DNA of 57,995 bases, filler included, from an uncultured Synergistales bacterium (lineage in GTDB: Bacteria > Synergistota > Synergistia > Synergistales > Aminobacteriaceae): the NCBI GenBank assembly GCA_937897575.1. It is 5 parts of 5 records of this genome, joined end to end, with 100 filler letters (N's around TTAATTAATTAA, not from the genome) between each part and the next. Parts side by side here need not be neighbours in the genome. Positions count along the whole stretch, not along the records: positions 1 to 17,614 come from CALCQG010000157.1; positions 17,715 to 40,828 come from CALCQG010000162.1; 3 more parts are not named here. One strand, 5' to 3'. Positions 9,414 through 17,877 of this stretch are shown piece by piece; position 1 is the stretch's first letter, and each line of letters begins with the position of its first letter. Made by a program: the position numbers and the translations under genes. Under the pieces are notes generated by a model that was given only the letters and a program-made list of their open reading frames with translations, was not told the origin of the DNA and did not search any database.

Positions 9414-9796
9414 GCGAGCAGCTGCTTTCCCTCCACGGCGTACCCCTCGGGCAGGTCGACGGTGGGGATGGCCTGCTCGACGAGGCAGGTCATCCGGCCG
9501 CACTGAAGACAAAGGAAATGGGCGTGGTTCCCCGGACAGCCCGGCCTCTCGAGGGGGTGGGCGCAGTAGTGCCATGCCCCGTCCGCGCCGAGCACCTTGT
9601 GAACGAGCCCCTTCTCCTCCAGCAGCGAAAAGGTTCTGTAGAGGGAGACCTTGTTCACGCCCGACGGCGAAAGGCGGGCGAAGGCCTCCTTCCAGGTGAG
9701 GGGCCTATCGGCCTCGTAGAGGAGGGCCAGGACCTCTCGTCTCAGAGGGGTGGGGCGAACGCCTCGTTCGGTGAAGAGCCTGTCCAAGGCGCTCAT
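9374..9796 (-). CDS. Fur-family metalloregulator
   Basis: RPTPLRREVL, VSLYRTFSLLEEKGLV, HAHFLCLQCG, GRCPSC; ATG 9796 overlaps the upstream stop (ATGA). Confidence 0.88.
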   Translation of the reverse strand: MSALDRLFTERGVRPTPLRREVLALLYEADRPLTWKEAFARLSPSGVNKVSLYRTFSLLEEKGLVHKVLGADGAWHYCAHPLERPGCPGNHAHFLCLQCGRMTCLVEQAIPTVDLPEGYAVEGKQLLAYGRCPSCSETQG

Positions 9797-10824
9797 CGTG
9801 CGGCAAAGGCGCAGATGGGGTAGTTGCAGGACCTGCACTTGCGGCATAGCCCTCCGACGCCCCATCGGCGTACTTCCTCGGCGCTCGGCTCCAACCCGGC
9901 GAATATCCTGTTGAGCAGGAGGTCGAGGCTCGTCCATTCGTCGAACACGGCACACGCCGGCGCCCCGATGATCTTTGCGTCGCCCGCGAGGGCGAACATC
10001 AGGTGGGCGCCCGGGATGACGGGGATGCCCTTGAACAACACCCTGTCGGCGACGGACGCGATGGCCCCCGCCGTTCGGTCGTCGGGGTCGACGCTCATCC
10101 CTCCCGTCGTGATGACGACCTTTGCCCCCTCCGCGAGGGCGGCGCGAATGGCGGCGGCGATTTCATCCCTGCCGTCGCCGACGATGGTCTGGTTCATGAG
10201 CGACGTTCCGTAGCCGGCAAGTTTTCTCTTCAGTTTGTCGGCGAAGGCGTCCTGCACAAGCCCCCCCACGATCTCTTTGCCCGTCGTGACGAGCGCCGTC
10301 CGCAACGGAAGGTAGGGGAGCACGGAGACGGGGGAGGCGCAGCGTTCGGCCCGGGTGACCTGGTCCTCCCGCATGACGAGAGGGACGATCCGAAGGCCCG
10401 TCACGGCCTCGCCCTTCTTCACGGGCACCTTGTTCGGGACGGTGGCCACCACCCAGTCCGGGTCGGCGTTGATCCCGTGGATGCTCTCCTCGTCGTAGAC
10501 CAGAAGGCCGTTCCACTGCGCTGAGAAGGTGACCTTCCCCTCCTGGGGGCCCGTCCTGACAACGCCCTGCCCGGCCAGTTTCAGGGCTAGTCGGAGGGCT
10601 GCGTCGTCCTCATGGACCTCGCCCGATTCCAGTTCGAGGATGGAGACGGTCTCTTTGCCCATGGCCTTCAGGACGGGAATATCCTCCGTCCGTATGGTCT
10701 GCCCCTTCGTGAAACGGGCACCCTTGTACCTCGTCTTGACGTCGATCTGCGTCATATCGTGGGAAAATGCCATTCCAACCGCATCCTCCACAGGTACGTA
10801 CCGAACTTTTGTCACGCTTCCCAC
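9793..10824 (-). CDS. Molybdopterin-binding protein (MoeA/MogA-like domain) with C-terminal Cys cluster
   Basis: VEDAVGMAFSHDMTQI, VHEDDAA, TTGGMSVDPDDRT, GVGGLCRKCRSCNYPICAF. Confidence 0.85.
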   Translation of the reverse strand: MGSVTKVRYVPVEDAVGMAFSHDMTQIDVKTRYKGARFTKGQTIRTEDIPVLKAMGKETVSILELESGEVHEDDAALRLALKLAGQGVVRTGPQEGKVTFSAQWNGLLVYDEESIHGINADPDWVVATVPNKVPVKKGEAVTGLRIVPLVMREDQVTRAERCASPVSVLPYLPLRTALVTTGKEIVGGLVQDAFADKLKRKLAGYGTSLMNQTIVGDGRDEIAAAIRAALAEGAKVVITTGGMSVDPDDRTAGAIASVADRVLFKGIPVIPGAHLMFALAGDAKIIGAPACAVFDEWTSLDLLLNRIFAGLEPSAEEVRRWGVGGLCRKCRSCNYPICAFAAR

Positions 10825-10948
10825 CCCACCGCATCGATTTTGCCCATGCCCTCAGGCTGAAACTCGGTTGCAAAAAGTATAGCACGCTCCCTTCCGAAAG
10901 GTACAGCGATAAAAAGAGGAGAAAAGAAGAGAGATGAAGCGGAGAGGC

Positions 10949-11004
10949 TTGTCCCTTTTCAAGGGGAGTGATAATATCGTTTTCGATTGTGACGGTATGC
11001 ACAA
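10949..11004 (+). promoter_or_regulatory. Sigma70 promoter with downstream Rex-like operator
   Basis: TTGTCC-17-TAATAT with TGn extension; TTGTGACGGTATGCACAA at 10987-11004 resembles the Rex consensus TTGTGAA-N4-TTCACAA. Confidence 0.6.
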
Positions 11005-11057
11005 ATTTGTGCGGAACGCGAATAAAATGGCTCCAGACAAGAAAAAGGAGGGGGATC

Positions 11058-11528
11058 ATGGCTTTCAGCGTCGAAGAGGTCCGTGAAAAGACCAGGGAGA
11101 TAGTGCAGCCCTGGAAAACCGGGAAGGGTGGGCTCATTCCCATTCTTCAGAAGGTCCAGGAGACGGTGGGGTATCTGCCGGAGGAGTCCCTTGTCACTAT
11201 CTCCAGGGAGATGAAGATTCCCCTGTCGGAGATATACGGAGTAGCGACGTTTTACGCACAGTTTCACCTGACGCCGCGAGGCCGTCACATCGTGCGGGTA
11301 TGCCGCGGGACGGCGTGCCACGTACGGGGGAGCCTCAAGATCATCGACAGCGTGAAGAAGATGCTGCACGTGGAAGAGAACGGGACGACGGAGGACCTTC
11401 GGTTCACGCTGGAGCCTGTGGCCTGTCTGGGAGCGTGCGGGCTGGCGCCGGTCATGATGGTGGACAGCCAGACCTTTGGGCGGCTCACGCCGGACAAGGT
11501 CAAGGGCATCCTGGACACCTTCGAATAA
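11058..11528 (+). CDS. NuoE/HydC/StnA-like [2Fe-2S] subunit
   Basis: GVATFYAQF, VCRGTACH, CLGACGLAPVMMV; AAGGAGG RBS. Confidence 0.93.
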   Translation: MAFSVEEVREKTREIVQPWKTGKGGLIPILQKVQETVGYLPEESLVTISREMKIPLSEIYGVATFYAQFHLTPRGRHIVRVCRGTACHVRGSLKIIDSVKKMLHVEENGTTEDLRFTLEPVACLGACGLAPVMMVDSQTFGRLTPDKVKGILDTFE

Positions 11529-11540
11529 GGAGTGAGATGA

Positions 11541-11909
11541 ATGGCGAAGATCAAGAGCCTGGACGACCTTCGGAAGATCCGCGAATCGACGAGCGACCTC
11601 TCGTCGGCCCGGACGGGACAGGGCACGGTCGTAGTGGTGGGCATGGGGACATGCGGCATAGCGGCGGGAGCGCGTGAGATCATGAACTCGATCATGGCGG
11701 AGCTTGCACGCCGCGGGATAACGGACGTGGCGGTCCAGACCACGGGGTGCATCGGCATGTGTGAGAAAGAGCCGTTAGTGGACGTCATCCGAGACGGCTC
11801 CCGGGTCACCTACGGCCCTGTGACGCCCGGAGACGTGGCGACGATCGTAGCGGAGCACGTCGTGAACGGCCGCGTGGTGGACTCTCTCGCCATCGGCCGC
11901 GCGGACTAA
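11541..11909 (+). CDS. Thioredoxin-like [2Fe-2S] ferredoxin-family subunit (HndB/HydD-like)
   Basis: VGMGTCGIAAGAR, TGCIGMCEKEPLVDV, EHVVNG. Confidence 0.9.
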   Translation: MAKIKSLDDLRKIRESTSDLSSARTGQGTVVVVGMGTCGIAAGAREIMNSIMAELARRGITDVAVQTTGCIGMCEKEPLVDVIRDGSRVTYGPVTPGDVATIVAEHVVNGRVVDSLAIGRAD

Positions 11910-11925
11910 GGAGGAGGACTGGGCG

Positions 11926-13719
11926 ATGCAAATCTACCGATCCCACATACTGGTCTGCGGTGGCACGGGGTGCGTATCCGGCGGCTCCAAGGACGTCATC
12001 GACGAATTCCAGAAGGAGCTCGAGCGCCGGAAACTGGACAAAGAAGTGCTCGTGGTCCACACGGGATGCCACGGCATGTGCGAACTCGGCCCCATCGTCG
12101 TCGTCTACCCCGAAGGCACCTTCTACTGCCGGGTCCAGAAGACGGACGTAGCGGAGCTCGTGGAAGAACACATCTACAAAGGGCGCCCCGTTTCCCGCCT
12201 CATGTACGCGGGCTCCGAAGAGATGCCCGTAGTGCCCCACTACAAAGAGATCCCCTTCTACAGCAAACAGGAGCGGATAGCCCTTGCGAACTGCGGATAC
12301 ATCAACCCGGACAACATCGACGAATACATCGCCCGACGCGGCTATGAAGGCCTGGGCAAAGTCCTGAGCGGCATGACGCCCGCGCAGGTCATCGACGAAA
12401 TGAAGGCCTCCGGCCTTCGGGGCCGCGGAGGTGCTGGCTTCCCCACGGGCCTCAAATGGAGCTTCTGCGCGGCGTCCAAAGGGGACAAAAAATACGTCAT
12501 CTGCAACGCCGACGAAGGGGACCCCGGCGCCTTCATGGACCGCTCGATCCTCGAGGGCGACCCCCACTGCGTCATCGAAGGCATGATGATCGGGGCGTAC
12601 GCCATGGGGGCGGACGAAGGGTACATCTACTGCCGGGCGGAATACCCCCTGGCCATCCAGCGCCTCAAGACGGCCATCGCCCAGGCGGAAGAATACGGCC
12701 TGCTTGGACAAAACATCATGGGGACGGACTTCTCCTTCACGGTGCACATCAAGGAGGGAGCCGGCGCCTTCGTCTGCGGCGAAGAGACGGCGCTCATGGC
12801 GTCCATCGAAGGACGCCGGGGCATGCCTCGCCCTCGCCCGCCCTTCCCTGCGAACTCCGGGCTCTGGGAGAAGCCGAGCAACATCAACAACGTGGAGACC
12901 TGGGCGAACGTGCCCCGGATCATGGTGAACGGGGCGGAATGGTACTCGTCCATGGGGACGGACAAATCGAAGGGTACGAAGGTCTTCGCGCTCACGGGTA
13001 AGGTGAAGCACACTGGGCTGGTGGAAGTGCCCATGGGCATCACGCTGCGTGAGATCATCTTCGACATCGGCGGCGGGATCCTGGACGACAAGAAGTTCAA
13101 GGCGGTGCAGATCGGCGGTCCGAGCGGCGGCTGTCTGACGGAGGATCACCTTGACGCGAAGGTGAGCTACGAGAGTCTGACGGCGCTTGGGGCGATCATG
13201 GGGTCGGGCGGTCTGGTGGTCATGGACGAGACCACCTGCATGGTCGACGTCGCGAAGTTCTTCCTCACCTTCGTCCAGAAGGAGTCCTGCGGTAAGTGCC
13301 CCTTCTGCCGCATCGGCACCAAGAGGATGCTTGAGATCCTCGAGCGCATCACGGCGGGCGAGGGGAAGATGGAGGACCTGGACACCCTGGAGCAGCTCGC
13401 CCTCATGGTCAGGACGGGATCCCTCTGCGGCCTCGGCCAGACGGCCCCGAACCCGGTGCTGACGACGCTGAAGTACTTCCGGGACGAGTACGTGGCCCAC
13501 ATCAAGGATAAAAAGTGTCCCGCAGGTGCCTGCACGGCCCTCGTCAAGTACTCCATCGACCCAGCCGTCTGCATAGGCTGCACGAAATGCGCCAGGAACT
13601 GCCCTGCCTCCTGCATCGCAGGAGAGGTCAAGAAGCCGCACGTCATCGACAGCGAAAAGTGTATCCGATGCGGGAACTGCAAAGAGGTCTGTCCCGTCGG
13701 CGCCGTGTCGGTGGAATAA
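11926..13719 (+). CDS. NuoF/HydB/StnB-like NADH/FMN-binding subunit
   Basis: N-terminal CGGTGC...GCHGMC, GRGGAGFPTG, NADEGDPGAFMDR, GGPSGGC, ESCGKCPFCRIG, C-terminal CIGCTKCARNCP and CIRCGNCKEVCP. Confidence 0.95.
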   Translation: MQIYRSHILVCGGTGCVSGGSKDVIDEFQKELERRKLDKEVLVVHTGCHGMCELGPIVVVYPEGTFYCRVQKTDVAELVEEHIYKGRPVSRLMYAGSEEMPVVPHYKEIPFYSKQERIALANCGYINPDNIDEYIARRGYEGLGKVLSGMTPAQVIDEMKASGLRGRGGAGFPTGLKWSFCAASKGDKKYVICNADEGDPGAFMDRSILEGDPHCVIEGMMIGAYAMGADEGYIYCRAEYPLAIQRLKTAIAQAEEYGLLGQNIMGTDFSFTVHIKEGAGAFVCGEETALMASIEGRRGMPRPRPPFPANSGLWEKPSNINNVETWANVPRIMVNGAEWYSSMGTDKSKGTKVFALTGKVKHTGLVEVPMGITLREIIFDIGGGILDDKKFKAVQIGGPSGGCLTEDHLDAKVSYESLTALGAIMGSGGLVVMDETTCMVDVAKFFLTFVQKESCGKCPFCRIGTKRMLEILERITAGEGKMEDLDTLEQLALMVRTGSLCGLGQTAPNPVLTTLKYFRDEYVAHIKDKKCPAGACTALVKYSIDPAVCIGCTKCARNCPASCIAGEVKKPHVIDSEKCIRCGNCKEVCPVGAVSVE

Positions 13720-13741
13720 CTCTTCCGGGAGGACTCGAGAC

Positions 13742-16700
13742 GTGAATAAAAACATCAAGGTCACACTGAACGGAAAGACGGTGTACGGATATCAGGGGCA
13801 GAGGATACTGGACCTGTGCGCCGAGTGCGGCGTGGAGATCCCGACCCTCTGCTACGACCCGCACCTCTCCCTTCACGGCGGGTGTTCCGTCTGCCTCGTG
13901 GAGGTCGAGGGGGCGAAGACACTTCTTCGGGCCTGCGCCAATACCATCGCCCCGAACATGGTGATACGGACCGAATCGGAGAGCGCCGTGGCGGCGCGCC
14001 GAACGGCGCTTGAGCTGATTCTCTCCGACCACGTGGGCGACTGCCGGCCGCCCTGCACCCTTACCTGCCCGGCGAACGGCAACGTCCAGGCCTACATCAA
14101 CCTCGCCGCCCAGGGGAAGTACAGCGAATCCCTGGACGAGCTGCATCACCACGTCACGCTGCCGGCCTGCATCGGCCGCGTATGCCCCGCCCCCTGCCAG
14201 GAGAAGTGCCGACGGAACTTCGTCGATGAAGAACCCGTCAGCATCCGTGAGATCAAACGCTACGTGGGGGACTGGGGCATCGAAAACGACAGGCTCGGTT
14301 TCATCCCCCAGCCGGATTGGAACGGCAAGACCGTGGCCATCGTCGGCGGCGGCCCCGCCGGCCTCTCGGCGGCCTACTACCTCCAGCTCAAGGGCTACCG
14401 CACCACCATCTTCGAGAAGGAGCAGCTCCTCGGCGGCATGATGCGCTACGGCATCCCCGACTACCGGCTGCCTCAGGACGTGCTCCAGGCCGAGATCGAC
14501 TGGCTTCTGGCCCATGGCATCGAGGTCCGGACGGGGGTGGCCCTCGGAAGGGACATCACCCTGGACGAGCTGCGGACGCAGTTCGACGGCGTGATCCTGG
14601 CCATGGGGAGCTGGAAGTCCTCGCCCCTCCGAGTGCCAGGCGAGGACCTGGAAGGAGTCCTCGGAGGGATCTACTTCCTCTACGACGTGAAGACGAACCC
14701 CCACACGACCATCGGCAGACGGGTGGCCGTGGTCGGCGGAGGCAACACGGCCATGGACGCCTGCCGAACCGCCCGGCGTCTCGGCGCCGAAGAGGTCTCG
14801 GTGGTCTACCGTCGCTCGCGGGAGGAGATGCCCGCCGACGACATCGAGATCGAGGAGGCTATGGAGGAGGGGGTGCGCTTCATCTACCTCGCCGCTCCCA
14901 AGGCCATCGAAGGAGACGGCCGCGTCGAACGCATGGTCTGCGAGCGCATGGCCCTCGGCGAACCCGACGCCTCGGGCAGAAGAAGCCCGGTCCCGACGGG
15001 CGAGACGTTCGTCCTCGAGGTGGACACGGTTATCGGCGCCGTCGGCCAGGCCATGGACTTCACCGGCCTCCCGGAAGAGCTCCACGACGGACGGAAGATG
15101 AAGGTGGGCAAGGACTATGAAACGCCCATCCCCGGGGTCTTCACCTGCGGCGACCAGCAGACGGGGCCCAAGATCGCCATCGAGGCCATCGGCAACGGCC
15201 ACTGGGCGGCGGACTCCATGGATCACTACCTGACCTGCGGGACGCCCAAGAAGCCCTTCTTCTACGACATCGTCCAGACGGACCTGGGGCCAGAGGACTT
15301 CACCCACATCGAGAAGATCCGTCAGGAGCGCGTCCCCCATACCCCGGCTGAGAAGCGCCTCGGCGAGCCCTTCACGGAGTACAGCCCCGGGCTCTCGGAG
15401 GAGCAGGTGCTCCGAGACGCGAAGCGGTGCATGGAGTGCGCCTGCGCCGACGTCTTCGAGTGCAAGCTCCGCAAGTTCGCCACGACCCACGAGGTCCACC
15501 CCGAGAAGTACGCCGGAGCCCACATCAGCAAGATGGAGATGGCCAACGAATACTACGTCCGGAACATGGACAAGTGCATCCTCTGCGGGCGATGCGTCCG
15601 CGCATGCGACGAAATCGCCGGCTTCCACGCCATCGACTTCGCCAAGCGGGGCTTCGAGTCCATCCTCACGCCCCAGTTCTACAAGGACATGGAGCACTCG
15701 GACTGCACGTTCTGCGGCCTGTGCACCCAGGTCTGCCCCGTAGGGGCCCTCATCGAGAAACGGGCGGAGCGGTGGCCGCATCTCGAGGTCCCGGAGGTCG
15801 TGAAGACCACCTGCACCCTCTGCCCCCTCGGATGCGAGCTGGACCTCAACCTCGACCGCAGGCGGACGCGCATCGTCCGCGTCACGACGGACCTCGACTC
15901 CCCGACGAGCCCCACCTTCGGCAGTTGCTGCGTCCGGGGCCGCTATGACTTTAAAAACGTAGTCCACGACGGGGACTTCGCCCCGGCCCTTCAGGGGCGG
16001 GACGGGTCGTGGCACGATGCCGCCGAAGCCTTCGACGCCCTGGCGTCGCAGCCGGGGACGGGGTACGTCCTCGGACCGTCCCTCACGCTCGAAGAGCTCG
16101 CTGCCCTCGAAGAGTACATGAAGCAGCGCTCGCCCGACGGTCTCGTTGCGGCGACGGAGGGCTCGAAGATCCGCCCCTTCCTGGAAGCCCTGAAGGGACG
16201 ATCGGACCTGAAAGCCGCATCCTATGCGGACGTGGACAACGCTGACGCGTTCCTCCTTCTCTGGACGGACACCGACGAGGACCAGCCCGTCCTCACCTCC
16301 TGGATCCGGAGGGCCGTCCTCAACCGCGGCGCCAAGGTGGTCGCCATAGGCGGCGCGCCGGGACGGATGGATAAGGGCAGCGCCGTCATCCTTCACCCCA
16401 CGAAAGGGAATGAGGAGCGGGCCGCCAACGCATTGGGCGTCGCGATCACCACCCTGGCCAAAGGCGGAGCGGTCCAGCTCGACGCGCTGCTCAAGGGTAC
16501 GGGCCTGACGAACGACGATGTCGAAAAGGCGGCGAAATTCCTGGCGTCGTCGAAGAACCCCGTCGCCCTGATCGACCCATCGGCCCCCCTGGCCGCCGTC
16601 GATGCGGCGGCAGCCATTCCGGGCGGCAGGTATCTCCTGCTCGCGAAGCACATGAGCACCCAGGGCGTCCTCCGACGCTTCCCCGACGTGCTCTCCGTCC

Positions 16701-17026
16701 GGGAACTCCGGGAAAAGAACCCCGCCCGTCTCGTCTTCGTCGGCGTCACCCCCGACGGCGCAGGGTACAGCGAAGAGGACCTTCGGGGCGCGGAGTACGC
16801 CGTACTCGCCCCGCGCAAAACGGTTCTCGCCGAGAAGGCGGCCGTCGTCCTGCCCACCCTGGCCTGGACGGAAAAGGAAGGATCCGTGACGAATCTCGAG
16901 GGCCGGACTCTGAGGCTCAACAGAGGAGTAGTAACGCAGCGGCAGGGGCGGAACATCACCGCCATACTGGCGGCCGCCTCCATCCTTCACGGAGGGAAGA
17001 TCCCCTCGAACCCCATGGCGGGGTAA
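13742..17026 (+). CDS. Large FAD/NADPH oxidoreductase subunit: [2Fe-2S] + GltD-like + NuoG-type Fe-S + degenerate molybdopterin-oxidoreductase domain (StnC-like)
   Basis: IPTLCY...CSVCLV...RAC; IGRVCPAPCQEKCRR; GGGPAG; GGGNTAMD...YRRSR; CILCGRCVRAC; CTFCGLCTQVCP; CTLCPLGC...CVRGRY; VVLPTLAWTEKEGSVTNLEGR. Confidence 0.85.
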   Translation: MNKNIKVTLNGKTVYGYQGQRILDLCAECGVEIPTLCYDPHLSLHGGCSVCLVEVEGAKTLLRACANTIAPNMVIRTESESAVAARRTALELILSDHVGDCRPPCTLTCPANGNVQAYINLAAQGKYSESLDELHHHVTLPACIGRVCPAPCQEKCRRNFVDEEPVSIREIKRYVGDWGIENDRLGFIPQPDWNGKTVAIVGGGPAGLSAAYYLQLKGYRTTIFEKEQLLGGMMRYGIPDYRLPQDVLQAEIDWLLAHGIEVRTGVALGRDITLDELRTQFDGVILAMGSWKSSPLRVPGEDLEGVLGGIYFLYDVKTNPHTTIGRRVAVVGGGNTAMDACRTARRLGAEEVSVVYRRSREEMPADDIEIEEAMEEGVRFIYLAAPKAIEGDGRVERMVCERMALGEPDASGRRSPVPTGETFVLEVDTVIGAVGQAMDFTGLPEELHDGRKMKVGKDYETPIPGVFTCGDQQTGPKIAIEAIGNGHWAADSMDHYLTCGTPKKPFFYDIVQTDLGPEDFTHIEKIRQERVPHTPAEKRLGEPFTEYSPGLSEEQVLRDAKRCMECACADVFECKLRKFATTHEVHPEKYAGAHISKMEMANEYYVRNMDKCILCGRCVRACDEIAGFHAIDFAKRGFESILTPQFYKDMEHSDCTFCGLCTQVCPVGALIEKRAERWPHLEVPEVVKTTCTLCPLGCELDLNLDRRRTRIVRVTTDLDSPTSPTFGSCCVRGRYDFKNVVHDGDFAPALQGRDGSWHDAAEAFDALASQPGTGYVLGPSLTLEELAALEEYMKQRSPDGLVAATEGSKIRPFLEALKGRSDLKAASYADVDNADAFLLLWTDTDEDQPVLTSWIRRAVLNRGAKVVAIGGAPGRMDKGSAVILHPTKGNEERAANALGVAITTLAKGGAVQLDALLKGTGLTNDDVEKAAKFLASSKNPVALIDPSAPLAAVDAAAAIPGGRYLLLAKHMSTQGVLRRFPDVLSVRELREKNPARLVFVGVTPDGAGYSEEDLRGAEYAVLAPRKTVLAEKAAVVLPTLAWTEKEGSVTNLEGRTLRLNRGVVTQRQGRNITAILAAASILHGGKIPSNPMAG

Positions 17027-17039
17027 CCAGATCGTACGC

Positions 17040-17067
17040 GGCACAGGGCGGACATCCGCCCTGTGCC
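17040..17067 (+). terminator. Hairpin at the end of the oxidoreductase operon
   Basis: GGCACAGGGCGGA-ca-TCCGCCCTGTGCC; no clear U tract. Confidence 0.5.
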
Positions 17068-17136
17068 CTCCCCCACCGGCGACTCACATTCGACGAGCGT
17101 GCAAAGGGGCTCGTCCGGAGAGAGCTCCAGCGCCCT

Positions 17137-17174
17137 TTGTGAAATTTGACGCAATCATTGTATCGTGTTATAGT
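17137..17174 (+). promoter_or_regulatory. Sigma70 promoter of adh overlapped by a Rex-like site
   Basis: TTGACG (17146-17151), 17 nt, TATAGT (17169-17174) with TGn extension; TTGTGAAATTTGACGCAA at 17137-17154. Confidence 0.65.
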
Positions 17175-17257
17175 TCATTTGATGTTCAATGACGCACATC
17201 GAAAGTCAAATTCAGCGCAAGTATGGTACGACCAACACTATAAGGAGGAGATTTCAC

Positions 17258-17614
17258 GTGAAAGGATACGCAATGCTGGGCATCGGCAAGACGGGGTGGA
17301 TCGAGAAGGCCAAACCGGAGTGCGGGCCTCTGGACGCCATAGTCGCTCCCATCGCTGTGGCCCCTTGCACATCGGACGTGCACACCGTGTGGGAGGGCGC
17401 CCTCGGTGAACGGACCGACATGATCCTCGGACACGAGGGCGTGGGCAAGGTCGTCGAAGTCGGCTCTCTCGTGAAGGACTTCAAACCCGGGGACAGAGTC
17501 ATCCTCCCCGCCATCACCCCCGACTGGGGCGCCGTTCAATCGCAGGGCGGCTTCGCGATGCACTCCGGCGGCATGCTGGCCGGCTGGAAGTTCTCGAACT
17601 TCAAGGACGGCGTC
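17258..17614 (+). CDS. adh: Zn-dependent NADP-linked secondary alcohol dehydrogenase, truncated at contig end
   Basis: GTG after AAGGAGGAG; KGYAMLGIGKTGWIEK...VAPCTSDVHTVWEGA...ILGHEGVG...HSGGMLAGWKFSNFKDGV closely resembles the Thermoanaerobacter/Clostridium secondary ADH N-terminus. Confidence 0.88.
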
Positions 17615-17714
17615 NNNNNNNNNNNNNNNNNNNNNNNNNNNNNNNNNNNNNNNNNNNNTTAATTAATTAANNNNNNNNNNNNNNNNNNNNNNNNNNNNNN
17701 NNNNNNNNNNNNNN
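17615..17714. other. Artificial contig linker
   Basis: 44 N + TTAATTAATTAA (stops in six frames) + 44 N. Confidence 0.99.
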
Positions 17715-17862
17715 CGTCGCGGCCCACGGACACGGCGTACCCCAGGCCCTCGAGGATCCCGGCGATCCGGGCGGTGGTCCAGAACTCGGTCCAGGCCGTC
17801 TCGGCGTGGGCGTGGAACTCGCGGCGGAGCGCGGCGTACTGTCCGATCTCTCTCTCTGTCAT
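17715..17862 (-). CDS. N-terminal fragment of an AbgA-like M20 amidohydrolase, cut by contig end
   Basis: LRREFHAHAETAWTEFWTTARIAGILEGLGYAVSVGRD resembles the AbgA N-terminus; GGAGGAG RBS. Confidence 0.75.
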
Positions 17863-17877
17863 CTCCTCCCGCCCCCC

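Noticed and set aside
13742..17026. Calling the large subunit an [FeFe]-hydrogenase, formate dehydrogenase or glutamate synthase
   Set aside because: No H-cluster motifs (TSCCP, MPC, EVMACPGGC); the Mo domain is short with no recognisable Cys/Sec-His active site; no gltB nearby.
13643..17044. 1133-aa minus-strand ORF and other long antisense ORFs (11806-13764, 22563-24143, 27603-29552, 44973-46841)
   Set aside because: Shadow frames of well-supported genes in GC-rich DNA; no motifs of their own.
17615..17714. Repeated N-flanked TTAATTAATTAA (four copies) as a biological repeat
   Set aside because: Standard six-frame-stop linker used to concatenate contigs; adjacency across these joins carries no meaning.
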